Of a DNA stretch of 64,000 bases, positions 19,782 through 29,006 are shown one piece after another. The stretch's first letter is position 1. Each line of letters opens with the position of its first letter. The notes beneath the pieces are model-generated. The model worked only from the letters and a program-made list of their open reading frames with translations. It did not search any database and had not been told where the DNA came from. Source of the stretch: a virus (Duplodnaviria > Heunggongvirae > Uroviricota > Caudoviricetes); IMG/VR virus record IMGVR_UViG_3300031555_003397; one strand, given 5' to 3'. Both the position numbers and the translations under genes were made by a program.

Positions 19782-20908
19782 GTATTGGTTTATATGATTA
19801 GGACATGGCAACTTATACTTTAGTTCCATTCAATCTAGAACTGATGAAACTCTCTGCTTACTACAAGAAAAAGAGGGAGGTAGTTGTACTATCTCCCTAC
19901 TTCACGCCAGAGCGACATCAGAAATTCTTTTTAAGAAAAGACTATGATGATGGAAACTTTATAATGGGACTTGAAAATATTCCCAATCTTGAGTACGGTG
20001 GTTATGCATTTACAGATGGAATATATGCACCACTACCAAGAGAAATAGAAATTATGCATCCAGACACTTCTATATATGAAAATATGGAAAAGACTATTAT
20101 GGCTTCTAAAGGGCGCGATCAGAAGAAAATTTTTCAAAACATGATGGAAGCTGAGCATTGCCGATTGTCATTAGATGGGAAGACAATTTGGGAAGATTAC
20201 CCAAGACAATTTAAGTTTCTAAAAACTGCTCGTAACTTGATGTTACATGACTTTGATTTAGGAAAAATCGAAGGCAGTTTTGAAGAAGTTAAAAAGTTGT
20301 TGGCTCGCGCCAGAACTGATGGCTGGGCAACAAGAGTGGGAATGAAATTTCCTCCTACTGTTACTCAAGGACAAGACTTATTGAATTGGATTTCATTGCG
20401 CCCAAATAGTACATTTTATTCTCTTAGATATGACGGAGTTATTGATGACGATGCTTTCGATGATTTCGTCGGCTATATAAGAGAAAAGGCCGTTTACAAA
20501 CAGTTAGATTATTATGTCACTGCTTCTTCTGCTAATCAGCAGGAGTTTCTTGATAAATATATTGTTCGGATTTTTCATCAGGTTGTAAAAGCACGTAGCT
20601 ATAGGGTTTTCTTTTCACTTAAATATGAGGAAAATTTCTTTATCGACAGTAGATGGGAAAAAGTCTTAGATTTGTTCAATTTTTATCATAATAGTATGCG
20701 GTGTCTTCCACAATCAACTTATTTTAAGCGTATTGGAGAGGACACTTTATTTGACTTCGCGCGAGCTACTTATGATGACTTGCCAACCTATTATGCTAAA
20801 GCCATGACCAGACAAGAAATACGAGAACTGTTTGCTTTTGTCAGAGAAGAGAAACCTGAACTCTTTGAAGATTTTTATGAATTTTATATCAACAAGATGG
20901 AGGGTTGA
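19778..20908 (+). CDS. Degenerate radical-SAM-like protein lacking CxxxCxxC (TAG at codon 8 = Gln)
   Basis: MSIGLYD*D...PFNLELMKLSAYYK...GG....LPREIE...PD.SIY resembles the phage 'IGLIDVD..NLALMKLSA' radical SAM family; no CxxxCxxC triad in the translation. Confidence 0.5.
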
Positions 20909-20910
20909 AA

Positions 20911-21108
20911 ATGTCAAAAGAGATTAAAGCAAAAATTGATGAATTGCGCTGGTAGCTTGAAGAAGCTACTGTGCCAGGTATGTTTACATTAAATCCAGAA
21001 GTAGTCAGAATTAATAATGAAATTGAATCTTTGCAGAAGAAATGTAATCATCATTATGTAGAGGGACAATGTGAATTCTGCTATCATTTGGAGGATGTTA
21101 ATGACTAA
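20911..21108 (+). CDS. Small coiled-coil protein with a C-terminal C/H Zn knuckle (TAG at codon 15 = Gln)
   Basis: MSKEIKAKIDELRW*LEEA...KCNHHYVEGQCEFC; overlaps the nrdD start. Confidence 0.65.
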
Positions 21109-23353
21109 CGTAATTGTAGTAAAAAGAGATGGAACTCAAGTTCCTTATGACAGAAATAAAATTATTTGTGCAATCAATAAGGCGTTACTTGAAGTAGATG
21201 GTAATATTTACTCTAAGTATATTTCTGAAAATGTTGCTACAAGTATTGAAAACTATTTTGAATATCATACTGTAGAATGTATTACAGTTGAAGAGATTCA
21301 AGATTTAGTAGAATGGAATCTAATCAATGGTCCCAAACCAGATTTGGCGAAAGCTTATATTCGTTATCGCTATAAGCGTGAAATGGCTCGCCATAATTAC
21401 AAGGAATTGATGGACACCATTGGTGAAAAATTAAGTGCAGCAAATGTTCAGAATCAAAATGCAAATGTCGATGAACATTCATTTGGTGGCCGTATGGGTG
21501 AAATGAATAGCGCAGTTGCACGTAAATATGCGCTTGATTATATTGTAAGTCCTATGGCTAAAGAAAATCACTTGAATAACATGATTTATATTCATGATTT
21601 AGACCATTATGCCGTTGGTTCTCATAATTGCTTATCTATTCCCTTTGATGATTTATTGGCTAAAGGTTTCAATACAAGACAGACTGATGTACGTCCAGCT
21701 CAATCCATAAGTACAGCTTTCCAGTTAGTTGCTGTTATCTTCCAGTTGCAATCCTTACAGCAGTTTGGCGGAGTTAGTGCAACTCACTTAGATTGGACTA
21801 TGGTTCCTTATGTTAGAAAGAGCTTTACCAAACATTTAAAAGATGGCATGAGATATTGTGAAGGAAAATCTGAATATAAACTAGAACGTTTTGACAGATG
21901 GTTAAAAAATACCAAAGAAGGTTGTGAAAATGGTGTCATTTGCTTCAATAATACCGAATTTAAAGACCTTCATCCACAAGCTTGGACCTATGCTCTTGAA
22001 ATGACTGAACGTGAAGTATATCAAGCAGTTGAAGCTATGTACCACAATCTTAACACCTTACAATCACGTAGTGGTAATCAGCTTCCATTTACATCTATAA
22101 ACTATGGAACCTGTACTTTGCCAGAAGGTAGAATGATTACCAAGGCTTTACTTGATGTTTCTATTAAAGGTATTGGTAAATTACACAAAACATCTATTTT
22201 CCCATGTGGAATCTTCCAGTGTATGAAAGGAGTAAACCGTGAACCCGAAGACCCAAATTACGATTTATTTAAACTCGCATTACGCTCAACCGCCCAAAGA
22301 TTGTATCCCAACTACGCAAATGTTGACTGGACTGGCAATGATGGATACGACATCAATGACCCCTGTACCTATTTCAGTACGATGGGATGTAGAACTGCCA
22401 ATGGATACGATATTAACGGCCTCGGTCAGCGAAAGGATGGACGAGGAAATATCTGTCCAGTAACCATTATTTTGCCTACTTTGGCCATGATGGCTAAGGA
22501 AGAGTGGTTAGCTGAGGGGCAGGGCGAAAGTGTTGAAGATATTTTCTTAGCCATTCTAAATGAAAAAATCCACGAAGCCAAAGATATGTTAATTGAACGT
22601 TTTAATTGGATTTGCTCTCAGAATCCTGCCTCCGCTCGTTTTATGTATGAGAATGGTCTAATGGCTGGCTATGTACCAGAAGAAGGTATTCGTTCTGCCT
22701 TAAAGCATGGTACTCTTGCAATGGGTCAGCTAGGATTGGCTGAAGCTTTACAGATTCTTATTGGATGCGACCATACTGAAGAAAAGGGTATGGAATTAGC
22801 AAAAAGAATCGAAGCTTTGTTCAAGAAACGTTGTGCTGAATTTAAAGAAGAATATAAACTAAATTTTGGTGTTTATTACACTCCTGCAGAAAATCTTTGC
22901 CATACTGCTCTAAAAAAGTTCAAGGCGCGTTATGGTGTTATCAAGAATGTTAGTGACAAGGAATTCTTTACTAACTCCATGCACGTTCCTGTATGGAAGG
23001 AAATGAATCCCTTTGAAAAGATTGATATTGAATCACAGTTAACTGGTTATTCTTCTGCTGGTTGTATTACCTATGTTGAGTTAGATAGTGGTATTAAAAA
23101 TAATCTAGAAGCTCTTGAAACTTTAGTTAACTATGCAATGGACAAAGATATTCCCTATTTCGCAGTAAATGTTCCTAATGATACTTGTTTAGAGTGCGGA
23201 TATTGCGATGAGTTTAATGATCATTGTCCCGAGTGTGGCAGTGAACATATCCAACAATTACGTAGAGTTACTGGATATTTAACTGGTAATTATACCACCG
23301 CTTTCAATCGTGGCAAGCAAGATGAAGTAAAATATAGGGTGAAACATAAATGA
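21101..23353 (+). CDS. nrdD: Anaerobic (class III) ribonucleoside-triphosphate reductase with ATP cone
   Basis: VVKRDG ATP cone; YIHDLD; MGCRT; TPAENL; C-terminal CxxC..CxxC and RRVTGYL glycyl-radical loop. Confidence 0.95.
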   Translation: MTNVIVVKRDGTQVPYDRNKIICAINKALLEVDGNIYSKYISENVATSIENYFEYHTVECITVEEIQDLVEWNLINGPKPDLAKAYIRYRYKREMARHNYKELMDTIGEKLSAANVQNQNANVDEHSFGGRMGEMNSAVARKYALDYIVSPMAKENHLNNMIYIHDLDHYAVGSHNCLSIPFDDLLAKGFNTRQTDVRPAQSISTAFQLVAVIFQLQSLQQFGGVSATHLDWTMVPYVRKSFTKHLKDGMRYCEGKSEYKLERFDRWLKNTKEGCENGVICFNNTEFKDLHPQAWTYALEMTEREVYQAVEAMYHNLNTLQSRSGNQLPFTSINYGTCTLPEGRMITKALLDVSIKGIGKLHKTSIFPCGIFQCMKGVNREPEDPNYDLFKLALRSTAQRLYPNYANVDWTGNDGYDINDPCTYFSTMGCRTANGYDINGLGQRKDGRGNICPVTIILPTLAMMAKEEWLAEGQGESVEDIFLAILNEKIHEAKDMLIERFNWICSQNPASARFMYENGLMAGYVPEEGIRSALKHGTLAMGQLGLAEALQILIGCDHTEEKGMELAKRIEALFKKRCAEFKEEYKLNFGVYYTPAENLCHTALKKFKARYGVIKNVSDKEFFTNSMHVPVWKEMNPFEKIDIESQLTGYSSAGCITYVELDSGIKNNLEALETLVNYAMDKDIPYFAVNVPNDTCLECGYCDEFNDHCPECGSEHIQQLRRVTGYLTGNYTTAFNRGKQDEVKYRVKHK

Positions 23354-23829
23354 GATATGCAGGAATAAATTATAATGATATGTGTGCGGCGCCCGGTGTG
23401 TCTGTAACCTTATTCACACAGGGGTGCCCGCACCACTGCGAAGGATGTCATAATCCAGAAACATGGGATTTTGATGGTGGTAAGGAATTTACTCCAGAAG
23501 TGCTAAGAAAAATAGTAGCTGGTCTTACTAAGAATGGTATTAAACGAAGTTTTTGTATTATGGGTGGAGAGCCGCTATGCGAACAAAATACTTTATTAAC
23601 TTTAATGACTATTCAATATGTGAAACAGCATTTACCAGAAGTAAAAATTTATCTTTGGACTGGTTACTATCATGAAGAATTATTAAAATCACCGGATCCT
23701 AAAATACCTTTGATTTTAAAAGAAGTTGATGTTTTAATTGATGGTCCTTTTGTTAAACCTTTAAGAGATATAACTCTTAAAATGCGCGGAAGCTCTAATC
23801 AAAATATTATCAATCTAAAGGAGAACTAA
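23350..23829 (+). CDS. nrdG: NrdD activase (radical SAM)
   Basis: GCPHHCEGCHN; GGEP; DGPF; RGSSNQ. Confidence 0.95.
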   Translation: MRYAGINYNDMCAAPGVSVTLFTQGCPHHCEGCHNPETWDFDGGKEFTPEVLRKIVAGLTKNGIKRSFCIMGGEPLCEQNTLLTLMTIQYVKQHLPEVKIYLWTGYYHEELLKSPDPKIPLILKEVDVLIDGPFVKPLRDITLKMRGSSNQNIINLKEN

Positions 23830-24083
23830 TGGAACAGAAAATCGCTATTGAGCCAATTAAACTTTCAGATGTTGAAAGAATGGTTGCTTCTGTAAAGAAA
23901 AATGTAGGCGACACTGACGTAGATTTAAGTTTTGAATTTATTCTGACCGCCTTTTTTCCAACCTGTTGGAATAATGTGCAAGATGCTTTAAAGCATCAGT
24001 ATACTTTAGGATATATTGCCGGCATGAGGGAGGCTTACAATACAAATAACGCTGAAGATGATGCCGAATGTTTCTGTGATTAA
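23829..24083 (+). CDS. Hypothetical protein
   Basis: 84-aa ORF coupled to nrdG. Confidence 0.6.
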   Translation: MEQKIAIEPIKLSDVERMVASVKKNVGDTDVDLSFEFILTAFFPTCWNNVQDALKHQYTLGYIAGMREAYNTNNAEDDAECFCD

Positions 24084-24086
24084 AAT

Positions 24087-24115
24087 TTGAAAAAGTGGTA
24101 AATTTATGATATAAT
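24087..24115 (+). promoter_or_regulatory. sigmaA-type promoter (TTGAAA-N17-TATAAT, TGn)
   Basis: Hexamers at 24087-24092 and 24110-24115. Confidence 0.8.
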
Positions 24116-24147
24116 ATATATAGAAAATGAGAGAAAAGGAGAATTTA

Positions 24148-24825
24148 ATGGAACTAAAATTACCTTCTAACAATATTGTTTCCAACATAAGAATTTATGA
24201 TTTGGATGAGTGCTTCCACGCTGCTGGCTATCCCATGAGAACTTCTACTGAATGGGAAGAAACTCGTGAGTCAGAATTAAAGCGTGGTACCAATCTTTCC
24301 CATGCCGCTGATTGGCAGGGCGCACATGACCAGTTCCTAACTGGTATTCGAGTTTCTTTTGACCTAACCTTTACTAATAAGGCTTGGGTAGAAGCAGAGC
24401 GTTACAGATTCTTGGAATTTGTTTCTAGTCAGTCTACCATGCATCGTATTACCAAGTTTGACTTGCGTAATCAGTATAATGAGTATGTTGACCCTCGAAT
24501 CATTGAGATTATGGAGGAAAAGGTAGTTCAGCATAATAAGCTACTTGCTGAATTAGCGCAAACTCCTATTGATGATGAATACAATAGAGAGCGTCTAAAG
24601 AAGCTAATTACTCAGAAATATCTTGAGATTCTATATTCTAATCCTGCGGGCTTTATGCTAACTGCCCGTCTGACAACTAATTATCGTTGTCTAAAGAATA
24701 TCTGGCGCCAGAGACGTAATCATCGTCTTCCTGAATGGAGAGCTTTCTGTAAGTGGATTGAAACTCTTCCCTATGCAAAAGAACTGATTTGTTATGAAGA
24801 AAAAGCTGACGAAGCAAAGGAGTAA
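24148..24825 (+). CDS. ThyX-fold (flavin-dependent thymidylate synthase-like) protein with divergent active site
   Basis: ERYRFLEFVSSQSTMHR and TNYRCLKNIWRQRRNHRLPEW echo the ThyX RHRx7S and N.RSL..F..LR motifs; located near dUTPase and RNR. Confidence 0.6.
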   Translation: MELKLPSNNIVSNIRIYDLDECFHAAGYPMRTSTEWEETRESELKRGTNLSHAADWQGAHDQFLTGIRVSFDLTFTNKAWVEAERYRFLEFVSSQSTMHRITKFDLRNQYNEYVDPRIIEIMEEKVVQHNKLLAELAQTPIDDEYNRERLKKLITQKYLEILYSNPAGFMLTARLTTNYRCLKNIWRQRRNHRLPEWRAFCKWIETLPYAKELICYEEKADEAKE

Positions 24826-24830
24826 TTAAA

Positions 24831-25448
24831 ATGAGTGTAAAAGTATTTAAAACTAACAGAGCAGGTAAGATTGAGTTCACTCGTTGTGAACTGGAAAAGC
24901 TGTTGAACGAAACTTATCGTGAAGGTTATACTGATGGTGAAAACCATGCCAAGAGCAATTATTGGACTTGGACCTCTCCTAGTATTACTGTTACCAATAC
25001 CCCCTATTATGGTACCGTGACCTGCGATAACGGTAGTCTTCTGCGCTCCAATACCGTGGATGGTATTGCCAGCACTGCAACCCTTTGTGATAGTACTTCT
25101 ATCACTGGTGTCTGCGATAACAGTATTGCTACATCAGCCAAAGCCGCGATTGCTCCCTCCAATGTAATCAAGGTTGATGTTTGTTCTAGTGCAGACAAGG
25201 CCTCTGAAACTGAAACTGAAACTGAAAAAGTAGCATCTAAGGAAGCTCCCGCTAAAACTTGCGAAAGCAATGGAATGGTCTTTAACCTGGACGAACTGGC
25301 AAAAACTGTTGACGCTATTCTAAATGGTAAGTTTGACCCTGTTTCTATGTTTACCAATCCCATTAGTAGCACCAATGTAAATGGCGCAAAGAAGGCTGTT
25401 GAAGATACTCCTTTCACTAATCTAGCAAAGGAGTTGCGCGGTATATGA
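24831..25448 (+). CDS. Hypothetical Ser/Thr-rich protein
   Basis: 205-aa ORF, SD AAGGAG, strong codon bias. Confidence 0.7.
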   Translation: MSVKVFKTNRAGKIEFTRCELEKLLNETYREGYTDGENHAKSNYWTWTSPSITVTNTPYYGTVTCDNGSLLRSNTVDGIASTATLCDSTSITGVCDNSIATSAKAAIAPSNVIKVDVCSSADKASETETETEKVASKEAPAKTCESNGMVFNLDELAKTVDAILNGKFDPVSMFTNPISSTNVNGAKKAVEDTPFTNLAKELRGI

Positions 25449-25669
25449 GATTATTAAAAGTCACCGCAGAATACCGTGCGGAATCTGAGGAAGAAGCAAA
25501 GCAAATGAATGAAGACTTCAAGGAAGAAGCAAGAAAACAAGGCTACATTCTTAATTCTTTCGCTTATACTAAAAAGGAAAAGAAGTCTAAAGGAGACATA
25601 ATTGACGACGGCTATCTTGTGAAAGTCGTCAAAGTTTATGGAGGTTTCTGGGATGGCCTAGATAATTAA
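25445..25669 (+). CDS. Hypothetical protein
   Basis: 74-aa ORF, ATGA coupling. Confidence 0.65.
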   Translation: MRLLKVTAEYRAESEEEAKQMNEDFKEEARKQGYILNSFAYTKKEKKSKGDIIDDGYLVKVVKVYGGFWDGLDN

Positions 25670-25670
25670 T

Positions 25671-26612
25671 ATGAATACCCCTGCCGCAGCACAAAAAGCT
25701 GCGGCAGAAATGACAAATAAAATGCAAGAAGCATCTCAAGAAAGAAAAAGTACCTTTGAAGCACTAATGAATGAGATTGAAAAAATCAATCCTTCTCTCG
25801 GTGGCTTCGAGGAACTTGGCGCTTTGTTAGCAATGCCCGATGAGCACTTTGCTCTTATCGCGCCAATCTTCTTAGATGAGATGCAAAAGTCAATGAATAA
25901 TATTGACGACAAGTTGCTATTGGTTCAAGCAATGAATTTAAATGGTACAAAGTTGGAAGAATTGCAAGAAGCATATATGAAGTTGATTGAAAATATTGAC
26001 AAACAGTTTGCCGAAGTTCTTTCTGCTCCTAAGCGCGATTTCTTAAAACAGATGCTTGGTATTACTTATAATTGTATTGCCGATGCAGAAGGAATTGCAA
26101 AAAGAGTAATTAACGTTCCTATCGAATTAACAAGCGAAAATGCAAAGATGCCTAAATACGCTCATTTGGGAGATGGCGCAGTTGACCTATATTCTCCTGC
26201 AGATTATACTATCAATCCTGGTGAGACCGTTATTATTCCTTGTGATATAAAAGTAGCTTTACCTTATGGTTATGCCTTTCTTATCCATCCTCGCAGCGGA
26301 ACCAGCGCTAAGACAAAGCTCAGAGTTGCAAACTCCATTGGACTTGTAGACTCTCAGTACAAAGGTGTCATTGGTGTCATTGTTGAAAATATTGAGCCTC
26401 CTATCAAAGACATTTCTTATGAATTTGATGATAGAGGCCGCCCCGTTATTACATCTATTGAGCATGGTAAGCCATACTATATAGGAAAAGGTGAACGTTT
26501 TGCGCAGATGCGTTTGGTCGAAGTTCCAACTGTAAATTTCTATCAAGTCCAATCTGTTGATGGAATTGGTGAAGACAGAGGTGGCGGCTTTGGAAGTTCA
26601 GGAAAGAATTAA
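25671..26612 (+). CDS. dut: Trimeric dUTPase with a ~125-aa helical N-terminal extension
   Basis: GDGAVDL, PRSG, GLVDSQYKG, GERFAQ, RGGGFGSSG motifs. Confidence 0.93.
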   Translation: MNTPAAAQKAAAEMTNKMQEASQERKSTFEALMNEIEKINPSLGGFEELGALLAMPDEHFALIAPIFLDEMQKSMNNIDDKLLLVQAMNLNGTKLEELQEAYMKLIENIDKQFAEVLSAPKRDFLKQMLGITYNCIADAEGIAKRVINVPIELTSENAKMPKYAHLGDGAVDLYSPADYTINPGETVIIPCDIKVALPYGYAFLIHPRSGTSAKTKLRVANSIGLVDSQYKGVIGVIVENIEPPIKDISYEFDDRGRPVITSIEHGKPYYIGKGERFAQMRLVEVPTVNFYQVQSVDGIGEDRGGGFGSSGKN

Positions 26613-26616
26613 GAAA

Positions 26617-26934
26617 GTGGATGCAGCTTTTACATGGCCGCATCCTACTGATAAAGGTTACTTTACTACCGCAGTTTTTGTTCGTACTGATGAAGATAAG
26701 CCCTATCTGATTTATTGCCCAAGAGCTACGACTGCAATTAGTATTGATGAAGAAAGCTATAATCCTTATCTGCTTTGGTGCGACAAACCCTATACTGTAA
26801 GAGAAGTTAAACTTAACCAATCTCTTACTAAGGAAGGAGATGTCTTGTTCTATATTATAGCTTTAGGTAAATCAGAACCAAAAGTTAAAAAAGCAGATAT
26901 AGAAAAAATGTTTGGCGTCAAGGTGGTGGATTAA
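26617..26934 (+). CDS. Hypothetical protein (start uncertain)
   Basis: Open frame between dut and ruvC; GTG start just after the dut stop. Confidence 0.55.
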   Translation: MDAAFTWPHPTDKGYFTTAVFVRTDEDKPYLIYCPRATTAISIDEESYNPYLLWCDKPYTVREVKLNQSLTKEGDVLFYIIALGKSEPKVKKADIEKMFGVKVVD

Positions 26935-27662
26935 TGGCTCGCATAACCATTGAATCTATCAATGAAGAATTAAAAGAAACCGGTTGGAAATGTGTCTCCG
27001 AAACTTATCAAAATCTCGATACACCACTTGAATTTGAATGTGATGAAGGTCATACTATTCAAGCAACATGGAAAAAGATACGCTCAAAGCGCGAATGCCC
27101 AAGATGTAAAGACAACAAGCTAAAAGAAAAAGTATTAACTGTAGAATCAAAACCTAAAGGAAAGAAACGAATCTTAGCTATTGACTAGGCAACACATACC
27201 TGTGGCTGGTCTATATATGATGGAAATAAACTGATACGATATGGAACTTTTACTACTAATCTAAAAGATGAAATCGCACGCGATAGCACAATAAAAAATT
27301 GGATGTTATCAATGATTGAAAGCTGGTAGCCAGACGCTATTGGACTGGAAGGAATCCAATATCAAGACGAGGTATCTGGACAAAAAGCCTCAGTCACTGT
27401 ATTCCAAGCATTGGCTCGTTTACAGGGAATCTTAATGGAAACCTGTTACGAAAAGAAAATAGAATACACAGTTTGCCCAACCAATACCTGGCGCCACCAC
27501 TGTGGCGTTACAGGAAGAACTCGCATCGATAAGAAACGCTCAATGCAAAATAAAGCCAAAGAATGGCATGATATCACAGTAAGTGATGACGAAGCGGACG
27601 CAATTGGTATAGGCAAATATGTTGCCGATTTATACAATATAGAAGTTGTAAATTGGGAATAA
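26934..27662 (+). CDS. RuvC-like Holliday junction resolvase with N-terminal Zn ribbon (TAG at 27186 and 27327 = Gln)
   Basis: ILAID*ATHTCGWS (=LAIDQAT), IGLEGIQ, PTNTWR, DDEADAIGIG; track ORFs join in frame. Confidence 0.88.
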
Positions 27663-27668
27663 AAATTG

Positions 27669-27695
27669 AGGGAGTCATAAGACTCCCTCTTTTAC
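27669..27695. terminator. Bidirectional terminator at the convergence of the two gene blocks
   Basis: GAGGGAGTC-ataa-GACTCCCTC flanked by AAAAA upstream and TTTT downstream. Confidence 0.9.
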
Positions 27696-28055
27696 TTTAT
27701 AAACACCCCAAATGAACCTATTAGAAGGGTCGAAGGTATCATATATCACTCCGTCAATAACGCAAGTTATATGACCGTTCATCGTTATCAAGAAGGTTCC
27801 AAGTGGGTTGTGTTCCACAAACTCTCTTATCGTTAGACGACATTTCTTGCATAAATATATTTTTTCAAAGTGTGTATCTAGATATTCATCTATATAGGTT
27901 ACATCATCAGGCATTATACATAGTAACTAAGCATAATGACTTAGCTCTCGGTAGTTTTCATCCCAGCTTCTGTTTGTTGCTTTGGATATCGCACGGACAG
28001 TGCAATCATTTACATGACGTCCACGAGGATTCGCATTATAAAAACAGAACATCAT
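27675..28055 (-). CDS. Putative papain-like Cys-His-Asp hydrolase (module gene f; TAG at codon 43 = Gln)
   Basis: Extended upstream: MMFCFYNANPRGRHVNDCTVRAISKA...GHITCVIDGVIYDTFD; ATGA overlap with gene e. Confidence 0.65.
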
Positions 28056-28540
28056 AGTTGACTAATTTTATGAAGATGTTTTCTAATAATCTCTTTTTCC
28101 TGTGGAGTCTCAGCAAAGTCCATGGCTGATTCAACAAACATACACATAGCATACATTAGCTTTTCGAGACCTTCCATGACACGGCCATCATCACCACCGT
28201 GCATATAACGCTCTTTACCATATTCATACTGGTCCATACCATCTACCATGCGGTCCATATAGTCTCTCATACGACTGTAACGGCGGCCATAGCCATCATT
28301 ATAACCTCCGTCACGATAATTGCCTCGAGCGTTGTAGCCTCCATCGCGATAGTTTTCGCGATATCTGCCATATTCCATCATTCCTTGACCTCCCTTATCC
28401 ATATTTTCGATTTCGCTTAAATCCTTGTAGATATCAGCGAGTTTGCCGATTAGCTCTAAATTGCTAGCATTGACTCCTTTCTGTTCAATCTCTACAAGCT
28501 CTTTTTTGATTTGTTCCATCAGTTTATGCATCGACGTCAC
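28052..28540 (-). CDS. Helical protein with central R/D/G/Y repeats (module gene e)
   Basis: YRENYRDGGYNARGNYRDGGYNDGYGRRYSR low-complexity core between helical ends. Confidence 0.8.
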   Translation of the reverse strand: MTSMHKLMEQIKKELVEIEQKGVNASNLELIGKLADIYKDLSEIENMDKGGQGMMEYGRYRENYRDGGYNARGNYRDGGYNDGYGRRYSRMRDYMDRMVDGMDQYEYGKERYMHGGDDGRVMEGLEKLMYAMCMFVESAMDFAETPQEKEIIRKHLHKISQL

Positions 28541-28546
28541 CTCACA

Positions 28547-28939
28547 TTAAGGAGTTGGCGCTTCTGCTACTGGTAGAGAAGCTAAGTTTTCAGTGCAGCG
28601 AGAGCAAGGTAGCTTTCCTAAAAGTTTGAATACGCCGGTTGTAGTATTGGTGCTAACAATAGTGCTGTATCTTGTTCTAGTATTAATAGAGCAAGCGGTT
28701 ATTGGACTGCAATCACATCCTACTAGGTCGTATTCAGTTGTTCCATCACCAATAGTAATTACTACTGGAGCTGTAATAGTTGTTTCTGCTGGAATAGCCT
28801 GTGCCACCACCAGACAATACTTACATCCATTTCCGTAATTTCCAGCAGGAATGTTAATAGTTAAAGTGCCATCTGCAAAAGTAACTGCGGTAGAAATTAC
28901 CAGATTTTTGCATAGACGTCTTACATTAGGACAACTCAA
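28547..28939 (-). CDS. Cys-containing beta-rich protein (module gene d)
   Basis: TTG start with SD GAGAGGTGA; 9 Cys; alternating beta-strand pattern. Confidence 0.8.
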   Translation of the reverse strand: MSCPNVRRLCKNLVISTAVTFADGTLTINIPAGNYGNGCKYCLVVAQAIPAETTITAPVVITIGDGTTEYDLVGCDCSPITACSINTRTRYSTIVSTNTTTGVFKLLGKLPCSRCTENLASLPVAEAPTP

Positions 28940-28960
28940 TTCTTTTCACCTCTCAATGGA

Positions 28961-28976
28961 GGGCGCCGAAGCGCCC
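28961..28976 (-). other. GC-rich C(UUCG)G tetraloop hairpin between module genes c and d
   Basis: Minus strand GGGCGC-TTCG-GCGCCC, no U tract. Confidence 0.75.
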
Positions 28977-29006
28977 GCCAGAATCACGCATTAGCGGAGT
29001 AGTTGA

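Noticed and set aside
10961-23353. Inteins or introns in DnaB, PolIII or NrdD
   Set aside because: Motif spacing is normal apart from the acidic PolIII insert; no C/S...HN splice ends or LAGLIDADG blocks seen.
25205-25227. (TGAAAC)n tract as a phase-variation switch
   Set aside because: The hexamer unit keeps the frame and only encodes ETETE.
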